Origin: Nemertoderma westbladi
Lineage: Eukaryota > Animalia > Xenacoelomorpha
Direction: 5' to 3'
DNA: 50,568 bases
NCBI GenBank assembly: GCA_032718475.1
Contig: JAUCBJ010000323.1
Coordinates: 1-50,568 of the forward strand
Shown: one piece after another, positions 48,701 to 50,568 of the stretch
Layout: the number at the start of each line of letters is the position of its first letter
Numbering within the stretch: the stretch's first letter is position 1
Notes under the pieces: generated by a model
Seen by the model: only the letters and a program-made list of their open reading frames with translations
Told to the model about the DNA's origin: nothing
Database searches by the model: none
Made by a program: the position numbers and the translations under genes

Positions 48701-50568
48701 TTATTATATTTATTTCTATAAATTTGAGCTGAAATCATACCGGTACTCTGTAATTAATTCTAGTCCATAATTATACTTATATATACTATCAGTGTAAACT
48801 GTATACCGGTATTCACGATAGGCCTATTATATATTTATATATATTTGTGCTAAATTTGTATACCGGTACTTTGTGACAAAACTAGTTTACAATACTTATA
48901 TATTATAAGTGTATACCGGTATTCTAATATATTGTAATTAATTACTGGTACTAGGCCAACAGTCCTACTGAATTACTGGACTTGCTTTAACTGTAACTAT
49001 AGCAGTAGGCATTCAACTGTATAACTAAATATGTCTGACACACAACAAAACCTGTCAGATAGTCTACTCGATGTCACCATCTGTGACAAAGATAGGAGTG
49101 TGGAACGATTAAGAAAAGAGTTTAGTTCACCTCCTACTAAAAGGAAGGTCATCCCTCCCGTAGTATCAGACCCTAGGCTAATCCACCATAGGTCTATCAT
49201 AGGCACTCGGGCCCAGGTCAAACGGAACCAAGAGGCCGCTGTCCTATCGCAGCAACATCTTGGTCAAAAACCTAGTTCCCAGCGACCCGATAGCTCCAGT
49301 GGTTCAGATACTGTAGAGCTGACCCCCGAACGCGGAGTGAAGATGGTGGGTACAGCTTACTCGGATCCCCTTCTTACTCTTCCAGCCGCGGTACTAGCTA
49401 CGATCTTGATTGCGGTGGAGGAACACCAAGGCGATTGGGCGAGAAATAAGCGATCGACCCAGGATAGTTATGCGGGCTACGCAAGGGAAGAATTGATGTC
49501 TATTGTCGAGTCACAATGGAATTTTCCCGGACTCGGATTCCCGTTAGATTTGTCAGAAGCTACTTGGGAAGACATATACCGGATGGGAGTGACTAAAGAT
49601 CCTATGGATCCAGCTGTTTGGAAGAGGTCGGCAGCAGGATATGTGCAGGGATTCTTCGGCTCTTTAGAGAGACTAGAAGAACAACTGTTTCGACAACCAA
49701 AAGGACCTCAAGAGCAGGAAGAGCTGCTTTATCAAGTACGTGAAAGAACCCTACGCATTAGACTGATCCTATCGGCCTTTGAGGAAACTTCCAAAAGAAG
49801 GCAGGACACGTCTCTGCAAGTTGCTGTCAAGACTTGGTTCCAGCGGGTAGGACTCAAAGTTCAAGAAACAGCCCGGTGGAAATCCCGGTTGGCTGAGTGA
49901 CCAACCTACGAAGAATCAACCGATGCCACCTTTTCTCAAGTGGAAAGTGAAGTGACAGCGGAGAGACCGCGACCGAGAGACGACATTGATATCTATCTGT
50001 CAGACTATCAGAGATTCCTAGGAGACGAGGAGTTGAGAAGAAGGCTGGCTGGACTTTCCCCTAATAGTGAAGGAACCAAGCATGTGTTGGACGCAATTGA
50101 TACTGAAATGTTAGCTGCAAACCAAGCTAAATTTGATGAACAACTCCGCATCGCTAGAGCCCAGGAAGAACAAGTCCAGAAAAGACGAATAGAGGACAAA
50201 AAGGCCACAGCAATAGCAGCGGCAATGGCAACAGCAGAAGCGGACAGAAAAGCAGCAGAAGCCAAAGCAACGGCCGAAGCAGACAGAAGAGCGGCAGAAG
50301 CAGCAGCCGAAGCAGACAGAAAAGCGGCAGTAGCAGCGGCAGCGGCCGAAGCAGAAAGAAAAGCGGCGGATGCATTGGCAGAAGCAGAAAGGAGAGCGTC
50401 TGACGAGATTGCTCAGCTAGCGTTGGAAAATATTCAGGAAAGTCAAGATAGTATAAATAAACGGTTAACGGATAGTAGAATGCAGATGATGAGTCGATCT
50501 ACTTCCAAACGCCAAGGTTATACATCATCGGAGGAAGGAGACACCACCGACCCTGAAGGTGGAGGAAA
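45719..50568 (+). mobile_element. Element C: Bel/Pao element of a B-related subfamily (5' part); candidate TSD cagtc (45714-45718)
   Basis: LTR TGTaaaaga (45719)...gcgcgtACA (46893), with a divergent first ~400 bp then B-like sequence. PBS ataacagttat at 46894-46904. Leader and gag are collinear with B. Confidence 0.88.
49031..50568 (+). pseudogene. Element C gag N-terminal region, in-frame stop at 49898, runs off the window
   Basis: MSDTQQNLSDSLLD... is homologous to B from 24308 onward; Ala/Glu-rich coiled repeat at ~50210-50390. Confidence 0.85.

Overview
Eukaryotic, probably marine-invertebrate DNA made almost entirely of nested transposable elements; no host gene is evident. Layers in window order: (1) the end of a Bel/Pao LTR (element D, 1-816) inserted into (2) a minus-strand single-ORF CR1/L2-type LINE (leader-2A-PHD-APE-RT, 817-~3485), next to (3) a Penelope-like RT fragment (~3486-3738). 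(4) A large non-autonomous Bel/Pao element B starts at 3739. Its 5' LTR is interrupted by (5) a full-length Bel/Pao element A (4149-21122, 1.9-kb LTRs, TSD GCCAA, TA...TA termini). B's interior holds (6) five head-to-tail non-autonomous Helitrons (30109-40900) and (7) a foldback element (42695-43914). B's 3' LTR (from 44651) is interrupted by (8) a B-relative, element C (45719 to window end). Main finding: A, B and C lack a tRNA-type (TGG) primer-binding site. In each, the 11 nt right after the 5' LTR are the perfect reverse complement of an 11-mer inside that element's own LTR, with different sequences in the two families. This is the Tf1-type self-priming layout, which I do not know from Bel/Pao elements. 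A and B also share a post-integrase accessory ORF with a CxxC...CxxH motif. A further carries a tRNA-like Pol III unit in its LTR and 13 dispersed copies of a 20-bp quasi-palindrome. All calls are from reading the sequence by eye; no searches were run.
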